In this document: positions 27,924 to 43,499 of the stretch, in pieces | How the letters are laid out: every line of letters starts with the position of its first letter | How positions within the stretch are numbered: the first letter of the stretch is position 1 | The notes under the pieces: generated by a model | What the model was told of the DNA's origin: nothing | What the model saw: the letters and a program-made list of their open reading frames with translations, nothing else | Database searches by the model: none | Program-made: the position numbers and the translations under genes | Source of the DNA: Octopus vulgaris | Taxonomy: Eukaryota | Assembly (NCBI GenBank): GCA_951406725.2 | Contig: OX597823.1 | Location: forward strand, 87,234,001-87,298,000 | Direction of reading: 5' to 3' | Length of the DNA: 64,000 nucleotides

Positions 27924-27988
<65 letters not shown>

Positions 27989-28000
27989 TATATATATACA

Positions 28001-28225
28001 TATCACGTGATCACGTGACCAACCAGACCATCAGATGTTGTTACACATCGCTGGTCACAATGCGTTCGCATTGTTTTAGCCTTCGAATGATGCCACCCCG
28101 CTGGCTAAGCGAGCAGGCCAACAGAAAAAAGAGTGGGAGAAAGTGTGGTGAAAGAGTACAGCAGGGATCACCACCCCCTGCCGGAGCCTACGACCGCGAG
28201 TCCGCTGCCCTAACCACTTTGCACC
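28001..28225 (-). mobile_element. SINE-like element (family D-related body, distinct tail), internally deleted
   Basis: Tail ...GGCCTGCTCGCTTAGCCAGCGG...GACCAGCGATG...GGTCACG also at 57731-57850 (+); related head at ~41630-41690. Confidence 0.65.
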
Positions 28226-28227
28226 TC

Positions 28228-28264
<37 letters not shown>

Positions 28265-28268
<4 letters not shown>

Positions 28269-29330
28269 ATATGTTACATTACTCGATAGTCAAAATAAAA
28301 CTCTGAGTTTCAGATGCCGAAGTGGGAATCCACAACGCCATCTCTTCGGTTATCTGGCTATTTGAAAATGCTATGAAAAAATACCGTTATACAAAGGGAA
28401 ATTACTGTGTTATAACTCTGCTTGCCTGCGTACTTATACATCGCTATGTAAACGTACACATCTTCACTCGCATTTTTCGCCATAAAAAAATATATAAAAA
28501 TACATAAAAAATATATAAGAAATATACATAAAATATATATAAAAGATATATGATAGAAGGTATGATGAGGTAAAAAAACCTTCTTGGGACATAACATAAA
28601 AAGCATGTTCTATCTGTTTTCTTTAGGGGACCAAAAACATAACAGAAATTTAGTCACATTTGGGCATGAAACGAAAAGTTCTGTCCTTGAGTTTAGACAT
28701 GTAGTAGGGTCTAAGCTGCTTTTCCAGATAAGCCATCTCTCCATGTCGCATAGATCGCACCTTCCGCTGCCGTTGGTATAGGGCTTACATTTGGCCAAAA
28801 TCTTCCATTGTATGTTGTAATTGACACCTTTATCTCTTAAAGACCAAATATGATTAGATAATTGTGTCGCTTTTCTTTTGTTCCAGTGCCTAAAGCTCAA
28901 AGTGTGGTTATTGAACCTGGCCTTGAAATTACCCTCTGTAAGGCCCACGTATTTCTTCGTCGAAACGGTGTCTTTAGTGGTTATAGAGTCTACGGTAGCT
29001 TCATATATGATGGTCTTGGATATGCAAGCTCTATTTAGCGGGCACAATTCTTTATTCCTGCATGAACAGCTGTTTTCTTGTGTTTTTTGTATGTTATGTT
29101 TGATTATGTTTTTAAAATTGGTAGTGGAACTAAAACTAATTTTTAAATTGTGTCTATTGAAGAGTTTCCTATAAGTATGATTAACTGGAAAATGTATATC
29201 TATCAGTGCTAGAAAATATTTACCTATATTGAAGGCCACCTCGGGTGAGTAAGGGGGTGTAACCCAGATGACTTTCTTATCTCTATTATTCCTTTTCCTT
29301 ACTGTTGGGCTAGTAACGGGTGGCTTTTAA
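28265..29330 (-). mobile_element. Penelope-like element 3' part: open GIY-YIG reading frame (28610-29239) plus pLTR
   Basis: NIGKYFLALIDIHFP...KLFNRHNLKISFS...CSCRNKELCPL...IIYEATV...KYVGLTEGNFKARFNNHTLSFR...LSNHIWSL...WKIL...CDLC..E...LNSRTE; 5'-truncated, no RT. Confidence 0.93.
28293..28355 (-). ncRNA. Type-I hammerhead motif in the 3' region (pLTR) of a Penelope-like element
   Basis: Minus strand: AGATAA-CCGAAGA-GATGGCG..GTGG-ATTC-CCAC..CGGCATC-T-GAAACTC-A-GAGTT-TTATTT; stem I 6 bp with one G-U; ~255 nt downstream of the GIY-YIG stop, same strand. Confidence 0.72.
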
Positions 29331-29691
29331 CTAGTTTTAAACTAATTAAAGAGTATATGGAATTCTGTTAATACTTTCCTTAAATATTATCAATATCATT
29401 GTAAAAAATACGTAGTTTAGAGGTTAGGGTGTTCGGCTCACGATCTTAAGATCAGGAGTTCGATTCCTGGTGGCGATACCTGTATTTCAAAAGGCCCGGG
29501 CATGTCATATTCAGTGGAATGCTGAATCTCTTTCAAAACTACATTAAGGCTACACGTGACTGTGGTAGGTTTCTATTCAAACAGCGAGATTATATGTGAG
29601 TTTGTTACATGTAGGAAAGTAAATATGCTTATAATTATGTACGCACATGCTATCTCAGCACTTTCGATAAAATATACGTGTGTGTGTGCAC

Positions 29692-29743
<52 letters not shown>

Positions 29744-29757
29744 TGTGCGTGCACGTG

Positions 29758-29839
<82 letters not shown>

Positions 29840-29949
29840 AGTGTGTGTAGGGATATACTCTCATGTGGTTCGTGTGTTTTGCATCGAATTCTGAAAATTA
29901 CTCTTATCAGTTTTAATAAACTACATGTATATATGTGTGTGCGTTTATG

Positions 29950-29983
<34 letters not shown>

Positions 29984-30698
29984 TGTATATATATATATAT
30001 ACATACATATATATATACATATATAGATATATAAATATGTATATATATATGTATGTATATACGTATGCATGTGTGTGTGTATGTGCGTGTATGTATATAT
30101 ATGTATATATGTATATGTATATATGTATGTATGTATGTGTATATATACATATATATATATATACATACATAAATATGCATACGTACATATATATGTATAT
30201 ATGTATATATATTTATATATATATACTCACACACATATATATATATACACATACACACACACATGCATACATGCATACATACTTACATACGTACATATAT
30301 ACATATGCTTATTTGTTCATTATGAATAACATGCTGGGCGTCAAAGAACATATGAACTAATTTATCTTGATTAGTTTTGCTGTTTGTTAAACAAGAATGC
30401 AAGGCACGTAGTAACACAAAGCAAACCGGATGTACATAAAAATTTACTGCTGCATTCTCTAAACCATGTTTTCTGGTGTTTATTGAATACATTTTCGCAT
30501 AGACTTGAAGGAGCATTACAAAATGGTATCTTATGAATAACATTAATTCACTTGATCTGCCTATTTCCGTTTTAATTTCAATGCACCCATTGTATCATTA
30601 ATTGCTTATTTGTATGTTGTATTATTTCTATAAAGTACAAATTTCTTCTCGTTCTGCTTTACTTTAAAAGATCTCTTCAAATGTTATTTCGTCCGACC

Positions 30699-30744
<46 letters not shown>

Positions 30745-31974
30745 GTGTTAATGATAATAATAACAACAACAAGCGATTTTACCGGAATGAAAATTTAAAT
30801 AATAGCTTAACTCTTTAAAGCTTTTTACTCGACTTTTTCTAGAAAAGCGGAAGAGTCTTTCTCTCTCTCCCTGAATGCTATAAGAATTTTGTCCAGATAT
30901 TTCCCTAAACATTATTTTCTTTTTCACGACACACAAAGACCCTATGTTATATAGAGAAAGTATCGCTGAATAAATGTGACATGAAATTTCTTGCTTTTCA
31001 AAGGTATATTTTGTGTCATAAGTAAAGTTCATTTACAGACGAGTGTGATTCGAAACAAGATTCTTGAATCTGATTCTTTTCTGCAAATTTTAAATTGGTT
31101 TCAAATTTTGGCACAAGACCTCTGTGAATTTAATATCTATTTCATTATTGCCCACATGAGGCTAAACATTGAGGGGACAAACAAAGACAGACAAAGAAAT
31201 TAAGTCGATTACATCGACTCCAATGCATAACTGGTATTTATTTAATCGACCCCGAAATCATGGAAGAAAAAGTCGATCTCGGTGGAATTTGAACTCACTG
31301 TGAATTTAATATCATTTCTACTCTATAAGGCAACAAACTGGCAGAATCGTTAGCATACCGTGCCAAATACTTAGCGGAATTTCGCAGTCTTTACGTTTTA
31401 TGTTCAAATTCCACCGAGACCTACTTTCCCTTTCATTCTCTCTGTGTTGGTAAGATAAGCAGTACTTGAGCACTGAGGTCGATTCAATCGACCCACGTTC
31501 TCCCACGAAAATACTAGTCTTGAGCTAAAATTCGAAACCAATGTTACACCCACTCTACGGCGTAAAAGTACTTAGCCTTGGTTGTTATGATGTTCCATTC
31601 ACGATAGTGAGTGGGATCATGGTTTCGATTCTCGGAGCGGGTAGTGTGTCTTGTTCTTGAGCAAAACACTTCGCATCACATTGTTCCAATCCAGTCAGTT
31701 GTAAATTAGTTCCAGGAACAGTTAAAAAGTTAATCCTGCGATAGACTGACAATGATAGACTGAAATGGGGTGAGGAATTATTGTTGTCCCAGTCGCTTAG
31801 TGCGCTATAGAAACGGAGCAAAGCTACGGCATTATGAGTCCTAGGACTCTTGACAAGCCTAGAACTATGCGTCCTAAGACTCTTCACAAGCCTAACTTCG
31901 TACGTTTCTTCCCTACAGCGCTCATATAAAGCCTAATCGGTGCTTTTTTTTCTTTCATAATATATGCTTGTTTA

Positions 31975-32372
31975 AAGACGGCGAGCTGGCAGAAACGTTA
32001 GCACACTGGAGGATATGCTTAGTGGTATTTAGTCTGCCGCTAAGTTCTGAGTTCAAATTCCCCCGAGGTTGACTTTGCCTTTCATCCTTTCGGGGTCGAT
32101 TAAATAAGTACAAGTTACGCAATGGGGGCGATATAATTGACTTAATCCGTTTGTCTGTCCTTGTTTGTCCTTTCTGTGTTTAGCCCCTCTGGGTAGTAAA
32201 GAAATAGATATTTCGTCTGTCTTGACGTTCTCAGTTCAAATTCCGCCAGGGTCGATTTTGCTTTTCATCCTTTCGGGGTCGATATATTAAATACCAGTTG
32301 CATACTGGGATCGATCTAATCGACTGGCCGTCTCCCCCAAAATTTCGGGCCTTGCACCTCGGGTAGAAAAAT
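31975..32372 (+). mobile_element. SINE family B, dimeric body
   Basis: Head followed by two tandem body units. Confidence 0.9.
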
Positions 32373-32579
32373 ATATGTTTGCTTCACTTGGGCATAAAAT
32401 CGCTATGATATGGATAAGAATATACGCATGTTCGGTTGTGAGGTAAGAATTTGCTTCCCAACCATATGATTGCGATTTCAATTTCACTGCGTGGCTTCTT
32501 GGGCAAGTGTCTTTTACTATTTCCTTTGACCGACTAAAGTCTTGTGAGTGGTTTTGGTAGACGGAAACTGAAAGAAGCA

Positions 32580-32659
<80 letters not shown>

Positions 32660-32737
32660 TTTTACTTGTTTTAGTCTTTTGACTGCGGTCATGCTGGAGC
32701 ACCGCCAGGTTATGGGAACGTAAACACACCAACATTG

Positions 32738-32774
<37 letters not shown>

Positions 32775-33165
32775 GATGGGTTTCTTTCAGTTTCCGTCTA
32801 CAAAATCTACCCAGAAGGCTTTGGTCGTCCTAAGGCTATTTTAGAGTGTACTGGCCAAGGTAACCAAACCTGTTTCGGAAAAAATCCCTAATCTGGAATG
32901 GCTTAGGAAATTTGGAATTATAGGTTCAGGAAAATCGATGTTACAACTATGTAGAAATGTCTTTATCCATATAAGTTTATTTGCATGACTACGCCGTCGA
33001 TAGGAAACGAACATTGGACCTTTTGACTGGATTGTTTGCTGCTGCCGTATCGTCAATTATTCCTATATAATATACAACGTTTATTCTCATTTTAGATTTT
33101 AAGATACTATTCGAAAATACACACATACATAGATTTATACATAAATAATATTTATACATTTGCAA

Positions 33166-33259
<94 letters not shown>

Positions 33260-33527
33260 GGACATATGTAATTATATATATATGTACATACATACATATA
33301 GACATATGTAATTATATGTATATATGTGTGTGTGTATACATATATGTATATATCTAAATGTATGTATATATATATACATATTTCTATGCATGAATGTATG
33401 TGTGGATGGATATCTCCATTTATCTATATGTACAGACACACACATATATATGCATATATATATATTATATATGTAAATATATATCTATATCTATATCTAT
33501 ATCTACATATATATATAGATATATAGA

Positions 33528-33593
<66 letters not shown>

Positions 33594-33615
33594 CATACAT
33601 ACATACATACATACA

Positions 33616-33647
<32 letters not shown>

Positions 33648-35106
33648 CATACACACACACACACACACAAGTAATGTTCTTATGAAAAGAATGTAACAGA
33701 ACATTTCGCAGATTCTAAAAACGTATTTATTTCCAGTTTGCTAAGATTCATTAGTTTGAAAGATTCGTTCCCATAACTGAAGATTTAAAATGTTGAGTCT
33801 CATTTGTTAAATTTGAAGATTGCGTATATTATTTTCATTGTATGATAGTATGAAAGGTTTCGAACACTGTCCCTCCAGTCTCCCTCCACTCGCTGCATCG
33901 CTCTGAGTATGTGTATATATGAGTGTGTTTATGCATGTGTGTGTGTGTGTGTGTGTATGTATAGACACACCACACACTACATACAAAACTGCACAAACGT
34001 ATCTATCTACTAAATGGACAAAATTTAATCAGTTCATCTGTTTATTTTTCTATTTCTATTAAGAACATAACGAAAATTTAATAATGGCAAATTAAAACGC
34101 CGAGAAGAGATGAACATAAGGAAACAAATTAACAAAACAAATTAATATTTAAGAAAGAACAACAACACAACAAACAAAAATAGAATAAAACACTTTAAAA
34201 AACAAGAACATAACTGCAAAGGAATATAGAAAGAAAGACAGAAAGAAAGAAGGAAAGAAAAAGTAAATGTCAAATTAACATATTTTGCATATTTTCACTC
34301 TTATTGTTATCTTAACAAGGGGATATATGCAAACAACTTGCTTTCTGAAGAAGTATTTTGATTGCTAAGAAATACAGCAGCATAATTTAGATTTCACAAT
34401 TAAATCCACATTGAAACTCTTCAGATTTATGTGAATTATACGAAATGTCCTTTTTGCACATATATATGCATGGACACATACACATATACCTATACTTACA
34501 AACACACATTTATATATATATATTTATGTATAAATATACACATATATATATGTGTGTGTGTATGTGTGTGCTTATATTTGTGTGTTCGTTTATTTCATAA
34601 AACATAATATTTTCTCTTTTATTGCATCTTATACATCTTATAATGACTTCGTATATTTTTCTATCCCTATCTAATCTTGTTTAAAAGAGAATTGCACATT
34701 TCTTTTCTTCTATAGATGACTAATTACATTTATAGACCAACGGTATGTACGTATGTATGAGCCTACCTATGTACATACACATATATATATTTATACATAC
34801 ATATATATATAGAGAGAGAAGGTAGAGAGAGGGAGGGAGAGATACGTACATATAAATATACATGTATATAAAGATACATATACACATATATGTATGTGTA
34901 TATATATATATGTGTGTGTGTGTGTGTATGCGTGGGTGCATATATGTACGCACGCACAAACATATATTTAGACAATTATCGACCGTAACACACCGTTTGT
35001 AAATACTCAGGAAATATTCACAAAACACACAGATAAACATTAACACACGTTATATATATGATTACACATACATACATACATACATACATACATACATACA
35101 TACATA

Positions 35107-35169
<63 letters not shown>

Positions 35170-35173
35170 CATG

Positions 35174-35204
<31 letters not shown>

Positions 35205-35481
35205 GAACATGTATATGTACATCTGTTAGTATGAACAAGCACACATCCGCACATTTCATCCATCCATCCATCCATACATACATACATACATACATACATA
35301 CATACATACGTACTTACGTACGTACATGCATGTGTATGTGTGTGTGTGTGCATGTGTGTGCGTGTGTGTGTGGATACATAGTGGTTATATGTTCGAAAAC
35401 GTATCTGTATTCCAGATTAACTAATAAATATACTATCGCTTACGAATCTTGGGTACAAGGGTTCTAACACAGGCACATGTC

Positions 35482-35559
<78 letters not shown>

Positions 35560-35750
35560 GTACATGTGTGTACGTGTGTAATTATATAGGTATGCATATA
35601 TGTATGTATCTATTTATATATGTATTTGTGTATGTATCTACGGATGTATGAAATGTGTGGAGGTGTGCTTGTACATACTAACAATCATGCGTATACATGT
35701 TCATATGTATGCATATATATCTATATGTGTGTACGTATTCATTTGTTTCG

Positions 35751-36810
<1,060 letters not shown>

Positions 36811-37109
36811 TTGTTTGTATTTGTGCGTATGTGTTTGTGAATGTTTGTGTATTTGCGCTATCGATTTTGATCTAACGCAAAAAAGAATAATTGCCTGATA
36901 ATTGCATAGCTTTTGTCCAAGTGCAAACCAAGAGGTGGTGGTCGTGGTAAGAGAGCGGAGGTTGGAGTGGAGTGGGTAAACGAGGAACAACTTTCAAAAA
37001 GAGAATTCTGTATCACCTTCATATATATAACTTTCTTTAACAATAACGCCCCCTTAACCTTACCTTCCAGCCTCTCACTCCTTATCTATCTATCTGTGTG
37101 TCTATCTGT

Positions 37110-37189
<80 letters not shown>

Positions 37190-37383
37190 ATATATATATA
37201 TATATATAACTATCTGTCTGTCTATCTGTTTATTTATCTATCTGTCAATCTATCTATCTATCAGTCTATCTATCTATCAAACTATCTATCTACCTATCTT
37301 CCTTTCTATCTATTACATTTCTATCTATCTACCTGTCTATCTATCTGTCTGTCTATCTATCTTTCTTTCGTTTTTTATTTCTT

Positions 37384-37442
<59 letters not shown>

Positions 37443-37882
37443 GTCTGTCTGTCTGTCTATCTGTTTATCTATCTAGCTGTCAATCTGTCTATCTATCAAT
37501 CTATCTATCTGTCAATCAATCAATTTATCTATCTATGTATCTATCTACCTATCTATGTATCTATCTACCTATCTATCTGTCTGTCGGTCTATCTATCTCA
37601 CCAACCTGCCTTCCTGTCCGCCAGTCGCCCAGCTAGCCAACCATCCAAGCCATCCTGCAACAGACCCTTCTAAACACTTCTATAATTTAATTCCAGAATG
37701 TCCTATTGAGATGTTGGAAAATTTTGCTAAATTTCTCTATTGATATGTATTGATGTTTTAATGTAACATGTACGTTCTATAGTTGCTATTTTTGATGTTG
37801 TTGTTCATGTTGCTGCCGTTGGTGTTGTTTTTGTTGTTGTCTTCATAGTTATTGATGCAGTTATCATCATCACCATTATCAA

Positions 37883-37955
<73 letters not shown>

Positions 37956-37988
37956 GTCGTCGTCGTCATTGTCATTCTTCTTCTTCTT

Positions 37989-38019
<31 letters not shown>

Positions 38020-38022
38020 TTC

Positions 38023-38072
<50 letters not shown>

Positions 38073-38099
38073 TATATTATTATTATTATTATTATTAAT

Positions 38100-38186
<87 letters not shown>

Positions 38187-38213
38187 TATATTATTATTAT
38201 TATTATTATTAAT

Positions 38214-38324
<111 letters not shown>

Positions 38325-39030
38325 TATTGACTGTAAATTTTATCTTGTGTACGTGTCTATTTATTTATTTATTTATTTGGTGGTAGGCGAAAGTGAGGTT
38401 GGGGGAGATGAAATGAAGCGAAATGGATCGTTCGATGGTTCGGAAAGAAAAGAAAGGGTTACAATGAAATAGAAAGAGAAGGGGAGGAGGAGAGAATGCG
38501 AGAAAGAGGAGCAGAGAAGGAGAGATGAAGAAGGAGTGAGGGGTAGGAAGAGGAGGAGAAAGAAGAAATGGTTTCAAGTGAAGTGAGAGAGAGAGACAAA
38601 ATCAGTGATGGCACATACTTCATTAAGCATGGACGCCCTTTTAAGAATAAGAGGTTGAGTGAGATACAAATGGAGATAAATAAGAAGAGCGGGGTTGTCA
38701 TGTATTTCCGCATCCTCCCACTCTTCTCCCACCATCCACCCTAAGAATCCTAATAAGGTAAACAAAGGAAAGTGAACTCTCGAACCGACAACATGTTTCA
38801 ATTTTACATCCAGATTTGCAAATAATGATAATCCTTTCTATTGTAGGCCTGTCGATTACATCAACCCCAGTGCGCAACTGGTTTTATCAACCCTGAAAGG
38901 ATGAAAGGATGAAAGCCAGGATCGATCTCGCCAATGTTTGAACTCAGAAGCTAAGGACGGACGAAATGCTTCTAATAATAATAATGATGATGATGATGAT
39001 GTGTGTGTGAGTGCACGCGTGTGTATGTGT

Positions 39031-39100
<70 letters not shown>

Positions 39101-39650
39101 GTGATATATGTGGGTGCGTTGTGTGTGGGTGGGTGTGTTCTGTGTGTGTGTTGTTTGTATGTGGTGTGTATTTGTATACTATCTGTGTGTGTGTTGTTGT
39201 TGTGTGTGTGTATGTGTGTGTGTATATATATGTGTGTGACAAACAGACGCTATCTGACCAGCAGGCACGGACACATCTATTCACACCCGCATACTAACCT
39301 CCTGATAACCCCAAAATCATTCATGCATAAAGGGGAAGTATACACCACATTGGCTACTTCTTCTTTTCTCTCAGTTCAGCCTTTCTGCTAATACCGACAG
39401 GTCAGTAAAAACATATTCTCGCCTTGAACTTAAAATATTCTGAGATGTATAAAAAATCCATTTTAATTTTTGCTGTCAAAAGGCTGTATATATATACCAA
39501 AGATTGTATATATATACATGTAATGTGACAATTTGCGACAACCAATAATTAACGCAACCAATTCCCAATAATATATTTGTTTTATCCTTTTCTGCCAAAT
39601 TTTCCCAAATATTCTCATCACACTATTGAACTTCTCTGTTACCAAACACT

Positions 39651-39805
39651 ATATTTATACATGTAATGTGACAATTATGTATAAAAAAACATTTTTGAAT
39701 TCATAATATCCAATGTGACAATTATGTAAAAAACTTTTTTGAATGCATAATATTCAATGTGACAATTATGTAAAAAACTTTTTTGAACCCATATTATTCA
39801 ATGTT
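39651..39805. repeat. ~45-bp minisatellite, 3 copies
   Basis: Repeats of AATGTGACAATTATGTAAAAAACTTTTTTGAA..CATAATATTC. Confidence 0.85.
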
Positions 39806-39896
39806 TCCTTAAATGTAACTTTTGACAATCTTTTACCAAAGAGTGAAACCGGTTAAGTAAATAAACATCGTTTAAATTGCATTTTCAAACCTTTTT

Positions 39897-39947
<51 letters not shown>

Positions 39948-40036
39948 CATATATACGTATACATATATATGTGTTTGTGTGAGTGTGTGGCTGTGTGTGT
40001 GCATGTATGTATATATGTATATATATGTGTGTGTGT

Positions 40037-40218
40037 GATTGACCGCTAGCCACCAAACTTTTTTTTATTCTCTCTGAGTTTATTTTCTCTAATTCCTTCC
40101 TATTGAAGAGCGTCGGCTCGTAACGTAAAAGACTTTTTCACCTTCCTGAGCGTTAAACTAAGACATCTGTTTGTTGTTTATAAACTTGTCTTCGTCTTTT
40201 TTTTTGTAAATTTCAACT
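40037..40218 (+). mobile_element. Short Penelope-like element with a decayed minimal hammerhead (40096-40131)
   Basis: CTTC-CTATTGA-A-GAGC-GTCG-GCTC-GTAAC-GTA-AAAG followed by TTCCTGAGCG, same layout as the 26673 family; between microsatellites. Confidence 0.55.
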
Positions 40219-40245
40219 ATATGTTTTTATATACATATATATATG

Positions 40246-40277
<32 letters not shown>

Positions 40278-40593
40278 TAATTACTTAGTATTACTTAAAC
40301 TTTCCTCAAAAGGGGCTTTTACATGCCGAAATCTACTTGGTGAAATTAATGATTATTCCAAATTAATTAATTTCACCCTATATTATTACTGATAACCATA
40401 TTTCATCCCAGTAAATGACCACAACATCTTGTCTTGGCCGCACGCTGGTGGGAAGGGGTTGGTGACACAAACTTTCATTCACACTTTGAATTTGGTGATA
40501 CTGGTAACGGCTTTAGCTCGCTCTGATACTGAGTTGAGATGATGTCTTCTAGTACCTCGAAATTTAATATACAATTATTCATAATTGTAGTGT

Positions 40594-40684
40594 CCTACGC
40601 TGATGAGAAAAGAAGTTGGCTAAGACATAATTATCTAATTCTTATGCTTTCCTAAAACTTAATTTCGAAACGTACGTCCGTAGG
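40594..40684 (+). ncRNA. Type-I hammerhead ribozyme, canonical core, long stem II
   Basis: CCTACG-CTGATGA-GAAA..AAGTT...AACTT..TTTC-GAAAC-GTAC-GTC-CGTAGG; perfect 6-bp stem I, palindromic stem III ACGTACGT, GUC site after 40678. Confidence 0.88.
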
Positions 40685-40870
40685 TAACTTAATATTGTAT
40701 GATCGATTGTTGTCATTTCTTTCTCTCTTGCCTCTCTGTGTTTGCCTTTCAAGTGCTGTGGTTTTACTGAGATCTCCCTTTTAGTAGAAAGAATAGCTAT
40801 AACTCTTTGACTGCTATTTCTAAATTCGGTGTGGGGTGAGGCAAATCTTTGCTAAACCCTTAATTACTTA

Positions 40871-40934
<64 letters not shown>

Positions 40935-41024
40935 ACTTAATGTAATTGACTTAATCCCTTTGTCTGTCCTTGTTTGTCCCCTCTATGTCTAGCCCCTTGT
41001 GGTCAATAAAGAAATATATATATA

Positions 41025-41233
41025 GTTAATCCAAACATGAAAACACAAAGAGAAAACACAACGACGCTAGCACGTAGAACAAGTAAAGTATCATTGGAGG
41101 CTCAGGAAAGAAGGAAAGGAGGGCTTAATGTTTCGAGCGGAGCTCGTCGTCGGAAACATAGGAAAGGGAAAGATCCCGAGGAGGGAAGACAGAGGAAAAA
41201 GATCGCCAACGGTACACACACGGTCACATTTTG
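41025..41233 (-). mobile_element. Second copy of the ~210-bp minimal-HHR element (motif 41123-41157, stem III mutated)
   Basis: Homologous to 26673-26892; minus strand GTTT-CCGACGA-C-GAGC-TCC-GCTC-GAAAC-ATT-AAGC; TA repeats on both sides. Confidence 0.7.
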
Positions 41234-41234
41234 A

Positions 41235-41290
<56 letters not shown>

Positions 41291-41349
41291 ATATATATAC
41301 ATATATATATATATAACAATGATAAATCTCAGAGCGAGTTATGCATCAC

Positions 41350-41384
<35 letters not shown>

Positions 41385-41398
41385 CATATATATATATT

Positions 41399-41429
<31 letters not shown>

Positions 41430-41434
41430 GTATG

Positions 41435-41487
<53 letters not shown>

Positions 41488-41703
41488 GTCCGTCTCAGGT
41501 GAGCTGCAATATGCAGGAGGAAAGATTGAGAGAGAGTTGTGGCGAAAGAGTCAGCAGAAGTTCGCCATTTCCTTCTGCCGAAGCCGCGTGGAGCTTTGGT
41601 GTTTCACTCATAATCACACACATCGCTCTATCTGAGATTCGAACCCACGATCCCTCGACTGCGAGTCCGCTGCTCTAACCACTAGTCCATGTGTGTCCAC
41701 ATG

Positions 41704-41734
<31 letters not shown>

Positions 41735-42427
41735 TTATAAAAATAATTGATGTTTGTTTTATCAACCTACAGATAGTCACGAAAAATCTACTTTGCTGGG
41801 ATTTGAACGCAGAATATATAGGAGTATAACTAAAAATACCCTTATACATTTTTAGCAACAGCTCTTCATATTCAATAACACACCAAAAATTAAAAAAAAC
41901 AAAGAGAAATTTAAAAAACATGCTTATTTTATCGAGCGCCAGATGGATCAAGCTGAAAAATCTCGGTTGATAGCATTTGAACTGAAGTCACGGAGCGGTA
42001 CAAGTAAAATTCCACAATACCGTTTGTCTACTCTTCTTGCTATTCAACCACGACATTAAACAAAGTAAAAAAAATATTACTGCAGCAGACGATAACTTCT
42101 CCGGTATAAATCGAAAAGAGGATTTATTAAAATGATTATTGTTACACTGTATCTGTGAAATAATATAACTGACATGTAATTGTAGAAGATTTCAATAAAA
42201 AATAGGTAATAAATACTTTAATAATACAACATTGAATTACACGTCTATATAATTAGATTATAGTTTAAATAGTTTATATAAATGTATGTATGGTGGAAAT
42301 ATAACTGAAATGAAAGTGTATTTATTTATTTATTTATTGATATGGCCAATATCTCTATGACCTGAACAGTGCAGAAACATACGTACACACACATACACAC
42401 ACATACACACAAATATAGTGTCTTCAT

Positions 42428-42467
<40 letters not shown>

Positions 42468-42468
42468 T

Positions 42469-42503
<35 letters not shown>

Positions 42504-42509
42504 GTATGT

Positions 42510-42613
<104 letters not shown>

Positions 42614-42937
42614 GCACACACACACATATACACACATGCATACATGCATACAAAGTTGATAATATTCACAGACAATTAAATATTTAAGAATATATAAACA
42701 TGTATACAAATGCCCACACGATTTTATATTAGTATTTGTTAGTTTATGTGTGTATTTGTATTGCTTGTGTGCGTGCATACATATATATATATATATGTAT
42801 TTATAAATATATATATATATATATATACATATATATATACATATATATATATATACATATATATATATAAATATAAATATGTGTATGTATACTTATATAT
42901 ATATATATATATAAATGTGTATATATGTGTGTGTGTG

Positions 42938-43072
<135 letters not shown>

Positions 43073-43499
43073 ATAAGCAAGAGAGCGTGTATAGTCTAAA
43101 ATAGAAAGTTGATTAACAATTTGCACCAATTATCGGAGGCTGCATAATTTCGGAGAAACGTTTTATTTGCGAATCCGCCAATAGGAATCCAGGTACAATT
43201 GAGGAGTAATAAACCGCCATCACCATCGCTGCCGCCTCCGCCACCACCACCACCGTCACCACCACCGTCACCACCACCCCTACCAATGCAGACAGATGCA
43301 TTCAGGAATTGACATTCTTTATTGGCTGGCAGGAGTGAGTTCAAAACCTTCTGCTAGAAACATACCTTTTATGAAGCAGATTCTCATCCAAGTTTTACAC
43401 TTATCACGCATTGTTGTGTGGAAAAAAAGCTTGCTTTCAAACCTTATAGTTTTACGTTCAAGTCCCATGGTGAGACAATTTGGGCAAGTGTCTTCTACC

